A stretch of 64,000 bases of DNA from Marsupella aquatica. Taxonomy: Eukaryota; Plantae; Marchantiophyta. Positions within the stretch are counted from its first letter, which is position 1. Every line of letters begins with the position of its first letter. Positions 11,299 to 24,559 of the stretch are shown here, one piece after another. The stretch lies in assembly GCA_973895155.1 (NCBI GenBank), contig OZ316894.1, positions 4,054,944-4,118,943 on the forward strand. The letters run 5' to 3'. The position numbers and the translations under genes are program-made. Under the pieces are notes generated by a model. The model searched no databases, was not told the origin of the DNA, and saw only the letters and a program-made list of their open reading frames with translations.

Positions 11299-13817
11299 AT
11301 GGCGGATGTGATGAAACCGGTTGATCTCAAGAAGCCAGACAGTGCAAGACCTCATGAGGAACCTTTCAGGACCCCGGGCAAGACATCGTTCATCTGGCCT
11401 GAAGAAAACAGACCGGACATCCCGCATGACCACTACGATTTTGAGCTTCCCGTTATCGATTTGTCACCAGTGCTCAAGTTGGAGAGCTTGCGGAGAGAGA
11501 TTGAGCAGTTGGACGGAGACGCGAGTACTCGGAGCGGTTTGGAGGCAGAGGTTAAGGCCTGCGAGGCAGCGAAGTCTGATGTCCTGAAGGGGATTCGAGA
11601 AGCTTTCGAAGAGCACGGATTCTTCCAGATAATCAATTGTGGCTTTTCCCTGGAAGTTGTTGAGCAACTCAAGGAATCTATTGGAGAAATATTTGACCTT
11701 CCTCTTGAGGTAAGACCCACGCTCTACTTGTGAGCTGTAAATTTACCGAAGCAGAATTTCATTTAAGAATTCTCCTGTCGACGCTGATATGTTATTGAAG
11801 TTTGACATGAAAGTAATGAAGTTCCGAAATACTCTTACTTACTGACTATCTAATTGTAACTACTCCTTCAGGGAACGTCAGGTCCCGTCTGGTTTTGTGG
11901 TAGATTTTCCTAATGATAATCCAGCTGCAGATGCACATGCTGTAACATCCTTTTAGATGAGTTTGTGACTCGAACCCATTGAGACGGTCAACACGATAGC
12001 CAGAGGATCGGATAGGTCTTACACTGCTTGAGCCCAACAGACGGGCCAACATGCTGTCCGAGACACCTTATTTCATAGCTTGCTCGTGCATTAACAACCG
12101 TGAGATATCTTTGAAGTTTGAGTTGTTTCTATGCGTTCCAGTCGAACTTCCGATGGCTCTGTAGATCTAGTAGGCAACTCTCTCGTACACAGTCACGCGG
12201 TAAATTTTATACCCTAGCATCATTGTTCTCCGACAATGTGACAAACCCAGACCGGCCTCCACGTCACCTAGATCTCGTGATGACAATAAAACAGTGTGGA
12301 CAAGATTATAGTACTTATACTGATCCGTTTTATTGAATTGCAGGAGAAGATGAAAGTGCTAAACGAGATAACCCCTGGCGCGCCCACATTCCCTGGTTAC
12401 CTGCCCATGAAGCGTGACCCCCCGTACAGCCGGAAGATCTTTTCTTACTTATGGAGCGAAGGATTTGACATCGAGTCACCGGAGACGAATTATCCTGGCA
12501 GACTGGACGAGATTGTAAACACTCTCTGGCCGGGTGGCCCTGAAACCAACTTGAAGGGTCATTTATTAAGGTGAGCTCGTTTCTCCTAGGATCAGGTTGC
12601 CAAATTGCCGTCCTTCGAGTACTTTACGAAAGTGTCAACAAGAGGATTTGGCGATCCAAGGTCTACTAAAAGTTGAATTGCATGTTCGGGACTTAGCACC
12701 GTAGTTCTATGGACAGACTCATAACAGCAGCTGAGAGATTCATTAACATGCTCATCTAACTGGCAGCCATCGTTCAAATTGTCTGCTTGGATCAGAACTA
12801 GCGCCGAGGAGTACGGAAAGCAATCGAGCAGGGTGGTCTTTCTACTAATGGACTTGATAGTCTCTAGCATTGGAATCCCGGAGCCGGAGAAAATTGTGAA
12901 CGAGTGGCTGGGTGATCGGAATAACCGACAGGTCATTGGCAAGTTTCGGGTGAACAACTTCCCCATCTGCGACTTTCCCGAAATGACTTGGGGACTTCCA
13001 TGCCACACGGACCCCGATGTTTTCACCATTGTGTACCAGGATGCAGTGGGGGGCCTGCAGCTTCGTTTCAGAGATGGGACCTGGCATGGGGTCCGCCCTC
13101 GGGCGGGTGCTTTTATCGTCAACTGTGGCGACTTTCTACAGGTGCTGCTGCATTCCTGAATCTTTGAACTGAAAACTGGATGATTTAATTATGTCTGGAC
13201 TTTTGAATGAAACCTGTACTGCTGGACATGTTGAGTAAATCTATTCTAGCAAGAAAGCCACGTTGCCTGATGGTCCCCAAAATACATGTCACCTAGTTGG
13301 TCCTCTCTGGCATCTCATGGAGCCAATTAAGTATCTTAGATGCTCGATTTTCTGTGCTTACTAGTGAAAGTGTCAGTGGACAAGCTTTGGCTTCAGGAAA
13401 TCAATGTACTTTTGTTATAGTATACGAAAGGGATTCATGTCTTGTCCACGAATTTGAAAAGTTTTAGCATGAGGATTTATGAATCAAATTTTGGCACCTC
13501 CCTCTCGTGAGCTTTGCTGGGCACGAGCTTGACGAAGTGTCCGTCCTTCGTTTGTGCAGGCTTGGACAAATGGGAGATTTCTAAGCGCAGAGCACCGGGT
13601 GGTGGCCAATGAAAAGAGTAGGCGCATGTCAATTGCAGCGTTTGTGCCAGGCGAGATGAACTACGTTGTCCGTCCAAGACCAGAGTGTGTGGATGCCGAG
13701 CACCCTATTCGATACAAGCCATTTACATCGGTAGATTACAAGAGCGCATTTTTGTCTCTTGGTGTCAATAAGGAAAGAGGGGAGCTCCTGGAGAGAGCTT
13801 TTGGCATACCAACTTGA
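11299..13817 (+). CDS. 2-oxoglutarate/Fe(II)-dependent dioxygenase, copy B, ~411-413 aa
   Basis: Exons 11299-11709, 12344-12570, 12802 (or 12796)-13141, 13560-13817. Same exon sizes and the same intact HxD...H and RxS motifs as copy A. Confidence 0.93.
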
Positions 13818-16800
13818 TGTTCAAGATACTCATAGCGAGTTTCTGCTCACCACAGGACTCAGAGTCACTAATTCGAGAAAACAGTATTGCAAGACAATAC
13901 TGTAATAGAAGTGGTAACGGATCAGCAGAGCTGACATAGCCATGAATCATGTCACTGAAGCAGGAGCTAATATGTGTGACATCAACTACTATAATATGCT
14001 AGCTACTTATCCCCAACGAAACTCTATTATCTTGGGATGGGGCTATGTACAGTGGGCTACGGGATAAGTGGTACCTGTGTACTGTGTACAGATTATTAAA
14101 AATTATAATAAGCATTGACACTTTTTCTGCAGTGCTCGTCTTACAAATTTTCAGTGCCATAGAAATCTTTTATGCCATGACATGTTTTTTTGCAAAGACA
14201 TCTTTTGTGCATTGTACAGATATTGAGGTAGCATTTGGCACCAACTTTATGGATAATATGGAAATCAAACATGCAAGTTAAGAGAAGAACTCTCAAATGA
14301 ATTTCTTGTGAAGCTTTCAATCCACACTCACTTTCTGACGGAGTGTAACAACACCCTGAGTTATCTGTCGCCAGTGTCAAGTGTCAGTCTTCTTATCAGT
14401 ATTTGTGTCTGGAACATTGGGGGGAACCTTCCTACTCAGCCAGGCCGCAAAGGTGACTCAGTTGGGCTGTTGAGGTGAAAGTGTGACTAGGTGAGTGAAT
14501 TTCCTCTGTCAAATCTCACTTGGGGACGGCCGCTGGATGCAAAGTGAGTCAGTCAAGTCAGTCAAATGTAAATTTACCAACTAGCCTGCCAACTAGGTGA
14601 GGAGAGAAAAAGTGGCTCAGCAAGCAGCCGAGTGGAAATTTGTCAACTCGGTGAGGCCACCAAGAGACAAGAATAACATCCGCAAAAAGGATGTTTGAGT
14701 TCGCAGAGGCAGTTGAGTTTCACTGATATGGGTGCTCAACAGGTAATTGATCGGGTTAATAATCTCCCCTCTAAAGTTCAATTGCATGTTACTTACAATT
14801 TTGATTCCTTACAATTCTAAAATGAAATGGGAGATAGTAGTGACTGTGGAGAAGGTTTTGCAAGTCCTCCTTAGAAAGAACCCACAGACAAATGCTCAGT
14901 GTGACGCTCAAACTTCAAGAAATTCTGGTCGGTCATGTCTAGCTCTTGCCTTTCACCTTCTTACATTGTGCTATCGATCTATCTCTATCTAGGCCGCAAC
15001 TGAATTTCCCGGACTTCTCGATATGGGCTTAGAGTACCCCACCAAAGGAATCGTTCGAGTTGTCATTTAATCAACATGACTTTCAACTTTGTGGAATAGA
15101 ACCGTTCATCCCCCAATGACGGCCACCAGCGTATCGTCTGCAAGGTGGTTCCAGGAATGGAAGACCAGAAGACCCCAAGTTGTGAAGTCAATCGGAACTG
15201 GTGTGGTCCTCGTTCTGTCACTCGATCGCAATCTGGCCAATGCTGGGGATCATCTCAACAGTAGGCGATTTGGTTTTCAATCCTCAAACGGTCTTATGTG
15301 GCTAAAGCAGAGTGACAGGTCTCGGCGTCAAAGTTGAGGCCAGGCGGCAGTAATTGAAGCGAGCATGAGCACAGACGCTGTTACGGTGGAATGAAGGTTG
15401 GCAACATCTTACGTTCTAATTAAGAGCTGAAGAACGGAGTACAGTACGTACGTAGCTGAATGAGGCTGGAGTATTCTTGTTGAGTATTGATGGATAAGGA
15501 GGAGGAGAAGGAGAAGGAGAAGGAGGAGATTGGCTTCATCTCGCTGGCGAATATCAATCTCGGTCACTTCGAACGAGACGAGTTGCGTCTCTTAGCCCAG
15601 TTTTCGAGTAACTCCGTCGATCTTGACAACTATTCTGGTATCGATATCAGGAAGATCGACAAGGCAATTTTTCGTAAGAGTCAGAAAAAGCGAAAGCCGA
15701 TGCGCACTCAAAGCGACGCCGGAAGCAGCACAACGCGTTCTCAGCGAGCTGCTCGACGGGCTTCTTATAAGTAGTCTGGGTGCTCTTATCCGTTGGAGTA
15801 GCATTGGATCATTCGACGAGCGCAGCATTAAAACTGCTGTGCGATATGCTCCTGGAGCAAAGGTTCAAAGTCATGATTGAAACGGACTCGTGAATGTCCA
15901 AATTGAATCTCAAGCACTTACATTGAGGCAGCATTGTGATTGTCGCAATGACTGTACTTCAATTCAGCTTCCAATAGAAATTAAGACCAAGCAAGGTTTT
16001 CTCAACCCCGTTTACAAAATGGGACAGAAACCAGTACATTACAGGGACGCCAAGTCCGTTAGCTACGGTAGACAGGGTACAGTGGGACCTCTACCGGGCC
16101 AAACTCCAATGATCAGAAAGTCGACGCTAGCTACTACTACGAAATCATTCTAGAGCTCTGCCAATGCGGCGGAAAAGTTGAACCCCGCACAGGAAGGCCA
16201 CGGAGAAATTAAAGTTCAAAGTTATACGTTAGCCAGGCCGCATGGCAATGACTAGCGACGAGTGATCTGGCGTGGAGCGAACATCTGAAACTCAGGAACA
16301 CTATCTATATCTCAATTACGTCTGTTTAAATCGTACGGTAAGCAATTTTTTAAAACATTGTTTTCCTTCTGTATTTTGTCTCCTTCACAAGGATCGCGTA
16401 TCGCCGATTCCAAAATGCCTACCACATATGCCTATTAGCTTTTCGTTACGAAGCTGGGTGAGTGTGCTTTAGAGAGGGATGCTCTCAGAATCTTCGTCAG
16501 TGTCGAATCCGTCACAATCAATCTGATGCTCAGTACAGAACAGAAGGTGATCAGACATTCAGATCAAACACGCTACAGTCTGCAAGGAAAGGTTGCTACA
16601 GAGATTCCTTGTATGAACCACCCTCTAATCCTGATCGAGCGAAAAGACGAGGCCTTTGTGAGACCTTTGAGATAAACCCACAGGGACAGGAGTCCCCACT
16701 ACAAGTATTGCGTTCCTTACGGTTGGTGGAGTAGAGGACACTCCGCCCTCCAAGCAGTACCGAATTCTGTCTTTGTTTTCTCCATCCATGCTCGATCTGG

Positions 16801-19148
16801 TGGGCAAGCTTGGGTGAGAATACAGAACGTCGGCAAAAGGGAAGGATATCCTCCACATCTCTACAAGAATATCTACCCCGCGATATCAAGCCTTCACCAC
16901 GAACCGTCCATTGCAGGGTCTACTATGACTAGTCCAGGAGACTGCACAGCGCAGTAAAGCTTTTCGATCTGCTACGAACAAATAATGCATTAATCTTGTA
17001 CCGTATCGAAAGCTTTTAATGCTTTCAGTTTACTCCTGGTTAGGGCGAGTTATCACGCCATGACAGTCATGTTCTCACGTTACTTGGCATTTGGACACGA
17101 CCATTCGGGCGAGGGGCAGGCTGTTCAGTTGGCTGGCCGTCGCCAATTCTGACGCGTACTGCAGTGAATGCTCAAATTACTTTCATCTTGCCATTTCTAG
17201 TCCGCATTTGGAAGCTGGCCCGTTCCTCGTCCCTGGAGACACTTCGCTTGTTGATCACCCTCGAGGCCCGAAAACAGGTGAACAATCCACAGCCAACACT
17301 GTTCCACTCTTCCGTGTGCTCCTCGACTGTCGTCTCATTGCTGGCAGTCACCTCCACAGTCGTTACGACCGGGTTGTTCGCGGCGAAGAAAGCACCACAC
17401 AGTTCGAACGAAGGGTCCTCCGAACCTCCCGGGATAAACGCCAGGTTGGACACTTTCCTTAGATCTGGATTCTGTACGAGTGTTTGCTTAAACTGCATCC
17501 CTTGCCACCCATTCAAAAGGGAGCTGCACACAGATGAAGACGCAAATGCACAAATTACTGAGTGATCGAGAGCTTCATATTCGTCACGGAAACACCTCAT
17601 ATATATCAAGGAGAGTAGTTGCACATATATCATTGACACGATCGGATTGGACGGAATTGAATGCCACAGCTGGCAAAATAATCAAGCGGACTCTATAGGT
17701 AACGACGTCAAGTGATTCACTAAAACAATGTTACCTGTCGACGACTATCCATCTTGGGCGGTATTTCTGGGCCACTTGGTTCGCAATAATCTCATTAGTT
17801 TCGCCCGGCTTCACTAGAATTTCAAGCTCAACCTATGCACACAACCGAGAATACAACACGGTTAGTCTAGGATGGAAGGAATGGACTACTCTGGGAACCA
17901 AAATTGACCACGCGCGGGGCCGAAATTTGTACGATTGTGCGTGGATTGAAATCAGGATTTGCATCCCTGAGGTATTGACCGAATTAGCTAAATGAGACAG
18001 ACTTGGTCTATGGACTGAATGACCTGATCGACAAGGGATCGAGACGAAAGGAAGAATAATTAATAAAGCCATTCCTGATCGAAGACAGACATTCACCAGA
18101 CTAATCAAAGAGGTCCGACATATATAACATACTTCAACACCAATACCATCAACTGACCTGTCTTTTTTGAAAGAGATGTTTGACGTTTTGCACACAGAAG
18201 TATAATGCCTTGAATTGATGCTGGACAGCCTCTTCCCTCCATTTTTTGTCCACGCTGGCGACTGGGAACTTCATTCCACCTGCGCGCAGCAAAGTCGACA
18301 CACACGTTGATGATAAAGCAAAATTGTAGACATATGAGTTCAAATCGACATCCGGACGAATCACTGACAAAATGGATAAGCTGCGGTAATTCAAAATAGG
18401 AATACGGCAATAAAATTGCGTTTGACAAACACAGTCTAACTGCCAATCCTGCCAATCAACCTTGATGCAAATAACATGGATTGTTCTCCAAGATGCATTT
18501 TATGACTATCAAGAAAGTTTTGAAGAATTTGTTAAGGCAGCCATTTTAAGCTTTTCAATAAACCGAATCTATCTGCGGCATCTCATGAAATTTTAGATCC
18601 CAACGTAATTGTCCGGACTCCACGAGTTGAAGTAGCCCCTATTAATTTGAAACAATTGACTAGTCTCGTTAGACCTACCAGAAACATGTGGCACTACTGT
18701 TACGAGGGACACAATAAACACGCTGCGGGTGGTCCTCTCCATCCTTTCCACCGCACATCTGAAGGTTTTTTCCAGTGGAGAACAGTAAGCCGCAACGAGT
18801 ACTACTATGCAATGCTCCTGTGGGGCTGCCGTCCGGGACAAACTGCAGTGATGTGGTGAAGGTGTCCGGGCGGCGAGTGTCCGGGACGAAGAACTGGAGT
18901 CTAAACTCGAAGCGCGCTGCATGTAGTGAACTTTTTTCAGACGCTAAAATGCAGGCGGGTCGACTACGACGACAGCCCTCCGCTCCGGAACACCTTTCGA
19001 CGAGAGCTACCATGAGCCTGGGGTCGAATTACTGAAGCCCAATTGAACATCAAAAATCTGCCAAAATGCGCAAACCCCTCGGTGAATTACAACAGCACAA
19101 TGGAATCACAAATCTGCCAAAAAGCCCACGCACTTGGTGGAGCAGAGT

Positions 19149-19497
19149 CACCTAATTTACCCAAACCAGTTTGACTCAAAAAAGTGGTTGTGACCTTGAG
19201 CCGATCGAGATTACAGCCATGCCTCATCCGGAGAAAGCTGCAGCGGCCACTCCTCATCAGCGAAAGCGAGCCACATCTGGAAACTTTCTCACGAACATAT
19301 GCTTGTGAACATTCAGACCACCTAATTTACAAACCAGTTTGACTCAAAAATTGGTTGTGATCATACACCTTGAGCCGATCGAGATTACGGCCATGCCTCA
19401 TCCGGAGAAAGCTCCAGCGGCCACTCCTCGTCAGCGTAAGCGAGCCACATCTAGAAACTTCCTCACGAACATACGCTTGTGAACATTCAGACCACCT
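19149..19497. repeat. Direct tandem duplication, period ~170 bp
   Basis: CACCTAATTTAC...GTGAACATTCAGAC starts at 19149 and 19319, with few differences. Confidence 0.95.
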
Positions 19498-20179
19498 TCC
19501 CGTTATCACAACCTCCGTCCCAGACTTTCAAAGATCCGAATAGCTATTCGGATCTAAAGCGGACCAACGGTGGTGGGGCATGCATAAACTTCAGAATCTT
19601 CCTGAGCACAGAACTGACTTTCCTAAACCGGTACATTATTGCAAGAAACGAATCATGCTGCAGGCTGCTGCGGGGGAAATGAGAGAGGCATTGGATGAGC
19701 GCGTGGGGAACTATAATACCGTGTGCCTTTTGGTCTTCTCCAGTCTTCTGGGGTCCTCCTTATGATGGTTCGGATTGGCAGCACAGTGTTGTCTTGGTCC
19801 CACTGTCCACCCATCCTGACATCCTGACATCCTCTGGCCCTTTAGCGTGGACTCCGAGTTGTGCTCGGTGAATTGGATCTGATAGGAGTGGAGTGGGGAC
19901 TCGTACTCACTCTTCACTATGGTGTCCACATGAATTCCACAAAAGCAAAATTATTGCAGCTTGGCATGCGGCAAGTCTAGTGCTCCCTTACTATTGAAAG
20001 GGAACTCTTTTAGGGGGTCTCAAAGTTCGAAAGTTTGATGGATCTTAACACTTAGTAGATAAGGGTTTTCAAACCTCAAAATTTGATGGAACAACTCTGA
20101 AGCTTCGAGACACCTATTAGATTTCCATGTTAGAGCATTTCCAGTGTTCGCCGATGCTTGCCCATGCTCCCTAGAGAAT

Positions 20180-20330
20180 AGAAGTAGAGGTGCACATATT
20201 TACCGACTTTGAAATGGAGATGTTGCTAACAATAGAAGCAGAGGTGGGTTTACCTGCTTTGAGATGGCGATGTTGCTTTAGAACAACACTAGAGGTGCAC
20301 TTACCAGCTTTGAGATGGCCATGTTGCTAT
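20180..20330. repeat. Three degenerate ~50-bp tandem copies
   Basis: AGAGGTG...TTACC.GCTTTGA.ATGG..ATGTTGCT occurs three times. Confidence 0.75.
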
Positions 20331-21104
20331 CCTTAGTACACAACCCACTAAAAGCTCTCAACGAGACCTCCTTTCCTCAACTAGTGTGTTTGTACCTTCA
20401 GATGTACTCTACAAATGGATCCAGATGTATTTTTCCTGCCCTGGATGAAATGGAGGTCCCAATAGGAGGCTGGTTTGGCAACCGTCTTAGTTTCTTCCTA
20501 AAACTAGTGGTCCACAATTTGGATTTGGACTGATCTTGCACTAGTATATTATAAATAGCATGAACTGTCATTCAAGGAAGCAAACTACAAGGCAGAATAC
20601 TAGAAATTGAATTGAGTTTACTATTTGTCGTCTAAGGCCTTCTCCTGGAACTTCTAGCATAATAGATTGTTAGAGCGATGAAATGCAGCCAGATGAAGAA
20701 TAGTAGCACACGCTATTAGAAAAAGGAAAGAACTAATAGAGCTAAAAAAATGAGATTGAGCTCACATTGTCTAGGGAGAGGACAGGCACCCCAAAACCAA
20801 GCTACTGTAGTGTCCCCCACTAGGGTTATTGCCCTACCTAAGCCTGCCCATGCTCTAGCATTCTCATAAGCCATGGCTACCCAACACCTGGAGGGGTGAA
20901 GCAAATAGCTACCTTGCCCCTCTCCCTTTTATAAGATTGATGAGTTGCTAAGAAGCTCTAAGTTATATTTAAACATGTGGGTAACCGCAGGGTGGGCAAT
21001 CATCGATTTTCCCTCAATCGGTGGTATAGTAGGTGAAAGGAGCATGGTGGAGATGCTCTTTGTTAGTAAGTGCCAAGGAAGTGTTTGTTATTTTTATGCA
21101 CCAG

Positions 21105-21945
21105 CTCAATGCCTGTGCGTTGACTCGTGGGTTGAATGAAAGATCTTGAGGTGAGGGCAAGATGTCGGAGAGGAAAGATGTTGAGGAGAGGGCAACATGT
21201 CAAGGGAGCGCAACATGTCAAGGAGAGACAAAGATGTAAGGTGTTTGAGGGAAGGACAAGATGTCAAGGTGAGGGAAAGATGGTGAGTTGAGGGCAAGTG
21301 TTAAGGAGAGGCAAAGATGTCGAGGAGAGGGCAAGATGTCAAGGAGAGGCAAACATGTTGAGGCAAAGGCAAGATGTCAAGGTGAGGGAAAGATGTTGAG
21401 GCAAGGGCAAGATGACAAGTAGAGGGCAAGATGTTGAGGTGGGGCAAGAAGTCGAGGCGAGGGCAAGATGTCAAGGAATGGCAAAGATAGGAAGTTGAGG
21501 GAAAGATGTTGAGGCAAGGGTAAGATGTCTAGGTGAGGCAAAGATGTTGAGGCAAAAAAAGATGTCAATGAGAGAAAGATATGTCAATGAAAGAAAGAGA
21601 TGTTGAGGTGAGGAAAAGATCTCAATGAGAGAAACGATGTTGAGGGTGAGGGAAAGATGTTGTAGTGAGATAAAGATGTCAACAAGGTAAGGAAAAGGTA
21701 AGATGTTGAGGTGGGAAGAAGATGTCAAGCTAGGTGAGGAGATATGTTGAGGGAGAAAAATATATACGTCAATGAGAGAAAAGATATCAAGGGTGAGAAA
21801 AATAATGTCATGGTGAGATAAAGATGTCAATGTGAAAAAAATGGCGAGATGAGAGAAAAATGTCAAGGTAAGCCAGTTAAAGTTGTTGTACCTGGTGGTG
21901 TTCAATAACCCTTGCATTGCACGTAGAAATTGGAGATACGAGATA
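21105..21945 (+). repeat. Purine-rich minisatellite element, copy 1 (18-19 bp units, GAGGGCAAGATGTCAAG-like)
   Basis: Dozens of AAGATGT(C/T) units. Both flanking motifs are shared with the copy at 29190-29820. Confidence 0.85.
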
Positions 21946-22162
21946 ACAACCACTATATTTAATCAAATCATTTATTTAATAACAAATTTGTATTCTTCTA
22001 CCTAATTTGTTTCCCCAACATTTTATTTTATTTACCCATTTCAATTTGTTTGGCCTCTCTATTCCCCCCTCTCTCATCCTTTCCCTCTCTTTCCTTGTGC
22101 TTTGTCCTCTTGCCCTCCTTGTGCCTTGTTATTCCTCCTCCCCCTTTTTCTTTCCTTCAACA

Positions 22163-23044
22163 TGTGGGGAGAAATCAGATTAGGGAAAACACTTCAAACA
22201 TATACTTGCTCAATAGTTACGTGGTTCGCCTCAAGGTCGGCTACGTCCACAGGAAGACAAAGTTTTATTAACGGTTATGTGTCTATTCAAGCATCACCAT
22301 AGCTCTCATCTCTTCAAGCTCTCACCATAGCTCAGCATTGTTCAGTTGCACTTATCCAAGTCTCAAAGTTAATAACAGTTATTAACAGACTTGGATAAGT
22401 GCAACCTTGATAAATCAAAGCAGGCGATAACTCAAAAACTTGTAAAACTTTATGAAAAATCTTTAATAAAAAACGTGCAGCTTCCCTCTATACAGCTAAC
22501 TCTCTCTAAGTGCACATGCTTAGGAAGATGGATCTTGCATGCACTAAAACAGGTGTTGCATTCCTTGATAAGTGCAACCCTCCCTCATAAGTGCACTTGT
22601 TTTAGATTCCTTTGTTAGATTCATAGCTCCTCCATTAATTAGTGAGTAGTCACCCTCGTAGTTTGTATTCCTGCACACATAATTATGTGTGCTTGGAAAA
22701 AGCGCTTATCTCATGCAAAAAAAATGGAAGAAGAGGATGACCTGCACTAATCAAGGGTAAGTGCTTATAAAGTGTGTGCATAGGGAGAGCCAACTGTATA
22801 GATGAGTAGTGCGGTAATTGCACAAGTAAGTATTTTTCCTTTGAATAGAACTGTCAGACTCATAAGCGCAAAATTTCATTAACATCCAATGAACATGGTA
22901 TTACTTACCTACTGAAGCACTATTGCTTAGAAAATTGCAGTTAGCACAACCATGTTGAGTTGTCCTTGTATGATTGCACTAGCTATTATTGAAGTGACAT
23001 CGTACTGAAGTTAGTACTATATATTGTCAAGGTTGGGTAAAACA
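22163..23044. mobile_element. Possible degenerate LTR relic interrupted by a TGCACTTATC/GATAAGTGCA-motif repeat
   Basis: TTACGTGGTTCG...CTACGTCCAC at ~22218-22250 resembles a motif I recall from plant copia LTRs. TG...CA ends are plausible, but I found no target-site duplication. Confidence 0.3.
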
Positions 23045-23839
23045 TTGGCCCTGGTTTTTACTTAGATGGAATGGAATTATGTGAGACAACCCCTCCGGCT
23101 CCTCCCTCACTCCGTAGTCCCTCCTATCTTTTACGCTTTATGTCATTTATGGTCAGTGTTTGCCACGCCTTATTTAATTTTCTCATTCCAAATACTCTTC
23201 AAAAATGCATGCACCCTCCACCCCACTTCTTCAGAAAATCGACTTTTTCACACCGAAATAAATTTTAAAATACCCCATCCCATCCTGTGGAAATGCCCCA
23301 GCCTAAAAACTGCATGCTCCCTCTTCCACTCCCCTTTCCCACCTCAAAGATCTACTCCAAAAACAGTTATCATCCTCCATCTATCTTACATCCCATATTC
23401 TCTCCTTCCCCACTCTCCCTTTCCTCCCATTTGGTTCCCTTTCCACAACTTCTATCCAAAGGTCTCCTCTCCTTTTCAGAAGTCCCCATCTGTCCCCACC
23501 ATGGTCCCGGCTCACCCACTATCCCTTTCTCTTCCCTTAGAACCTTACTAAATTGAGTCAAAAATATTGTTTGTGCATCAGATGGGCAGAGAACAAACTG
23601 CATACTAAGGTACATTTGTGAGATCTGTGAGGTCCCAGGTTCAAATCTGGGAGCTGGAATGGGGATGCTGCGATGCCCTGATCAAGAGTACTGCAGATCA
23701 GGAGGTCATCCCCAGCTTTGCCATGGTTCTCCCTGCAAACTGGATATAAAAGGCTCTTGGGTGAGGTTTGTTGGTCCCAGGTTCAAGTTTGGGAACATGA
23801 ATGTTTGTTGAGATGTTCTTTGGATGGCTGCAATGACTA

Positions 23840-24219
23840 CACTGTTCACCATAATTAGTGTTATGTAAAAATTAGTGTTAGTACAAAATTAGTGTTACTA
23901 ACACTAATTTTGGTAAAAATGATTTTGAGTTCAAGTAACACTAATTTTTGTCGCTTTTCAAAACATATTTTTTCACTTTAGTTTAAATTGTTTGTAAAAA
24001 ATAGATAATATTTAGTCCAAAATAACACTAATTGTTGTGGATTTTTCAAAATAGTTTTTTCTCTCTATTTTGCCACTCTTAAGACCATAGTAACACTAAT
24101 TCATGTGCGCGAAAATAGTGTTAGCACAAAATTAGTGTGACTAACACTAATTCGCCAGTAGACCCTGAAAATGGGTGCTCTCGAATTAGTGTTAGACACA
24201 CTAAATACGGTGAACAGTG
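23840..24219. mobile_element. 380-bp MITE with TA target-site duplication (Tc1/mariner-type)
   Basis: TA|CACTGTTCACCATAATTAGTGT ... ACACTAAATACGGTGAACAGTG|TA. About 12 internal ATTAGTGTTA/TAACACTAAT motifs in both orientations. Confidence 0.9.
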
Positions 24220-24559
24220 TAGTAACATTTGAAAAATGCTAACTTACATGAATTACCAAAACTCCATTTTTATATAAAAAAGGGTGAGGGTTCCTTCAAA
24301 ATTCTAAGAGCAAACACTTGTGATCCATCTAACAATGTCCCTTACAAGTGAACCCAAACTCTATGGTTATTTAATTTGAGACAGAAAGGAAACACATGAG
24401 CCCAATAAACATGGTATATTTCTTGATTAGCGGTGATATATGTGCACCTGATGAATGACCTGAACTATCCTAAACTATCTACAAAAGCGAGAACAGAGGG
24501 GAGTATGGAAAGGGAAACTCCATCCTCCACTCCCGTAAACATAGTCAAAGAGGGAATTG

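Larger units (their letters stand above)
3517..15560 (+). repeat. Segmental tandem duplication: unit 1 ~3517-10760, unit 2 ~10813-15560
   Basis: AGACCACTTCTTCCG opens both units (3517, 10813). Promoter, exons and introns align. Downstream flanks re-align (9528-9575 with 14961-15000; 10424-10758 with 15013-15560). Confidence 0.85.

Noticed and set aside
3833-13677. Antisense and alternate-frame ORFs conserved between the dioxygenase copies
   Set aside because: Shadows of the conserved sense exons.
16272-19035. Cluster of overlapping 60-155 aa ORFs on both strands
   Set aside because: No recognisable domain or consistent splice model.
21106-21953. Leu/Ser-rich minus-strand ORFs resembling membrane or LRR proteins
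   Set aside because: By-products of the purine-rich minisatellite.
23625-23795. Two GGTTCAA B-box/T-arm-like motifs suggesting tRNA genes
   Set aside because: No cloverleaf or clear A box; at most SINE-like debris.
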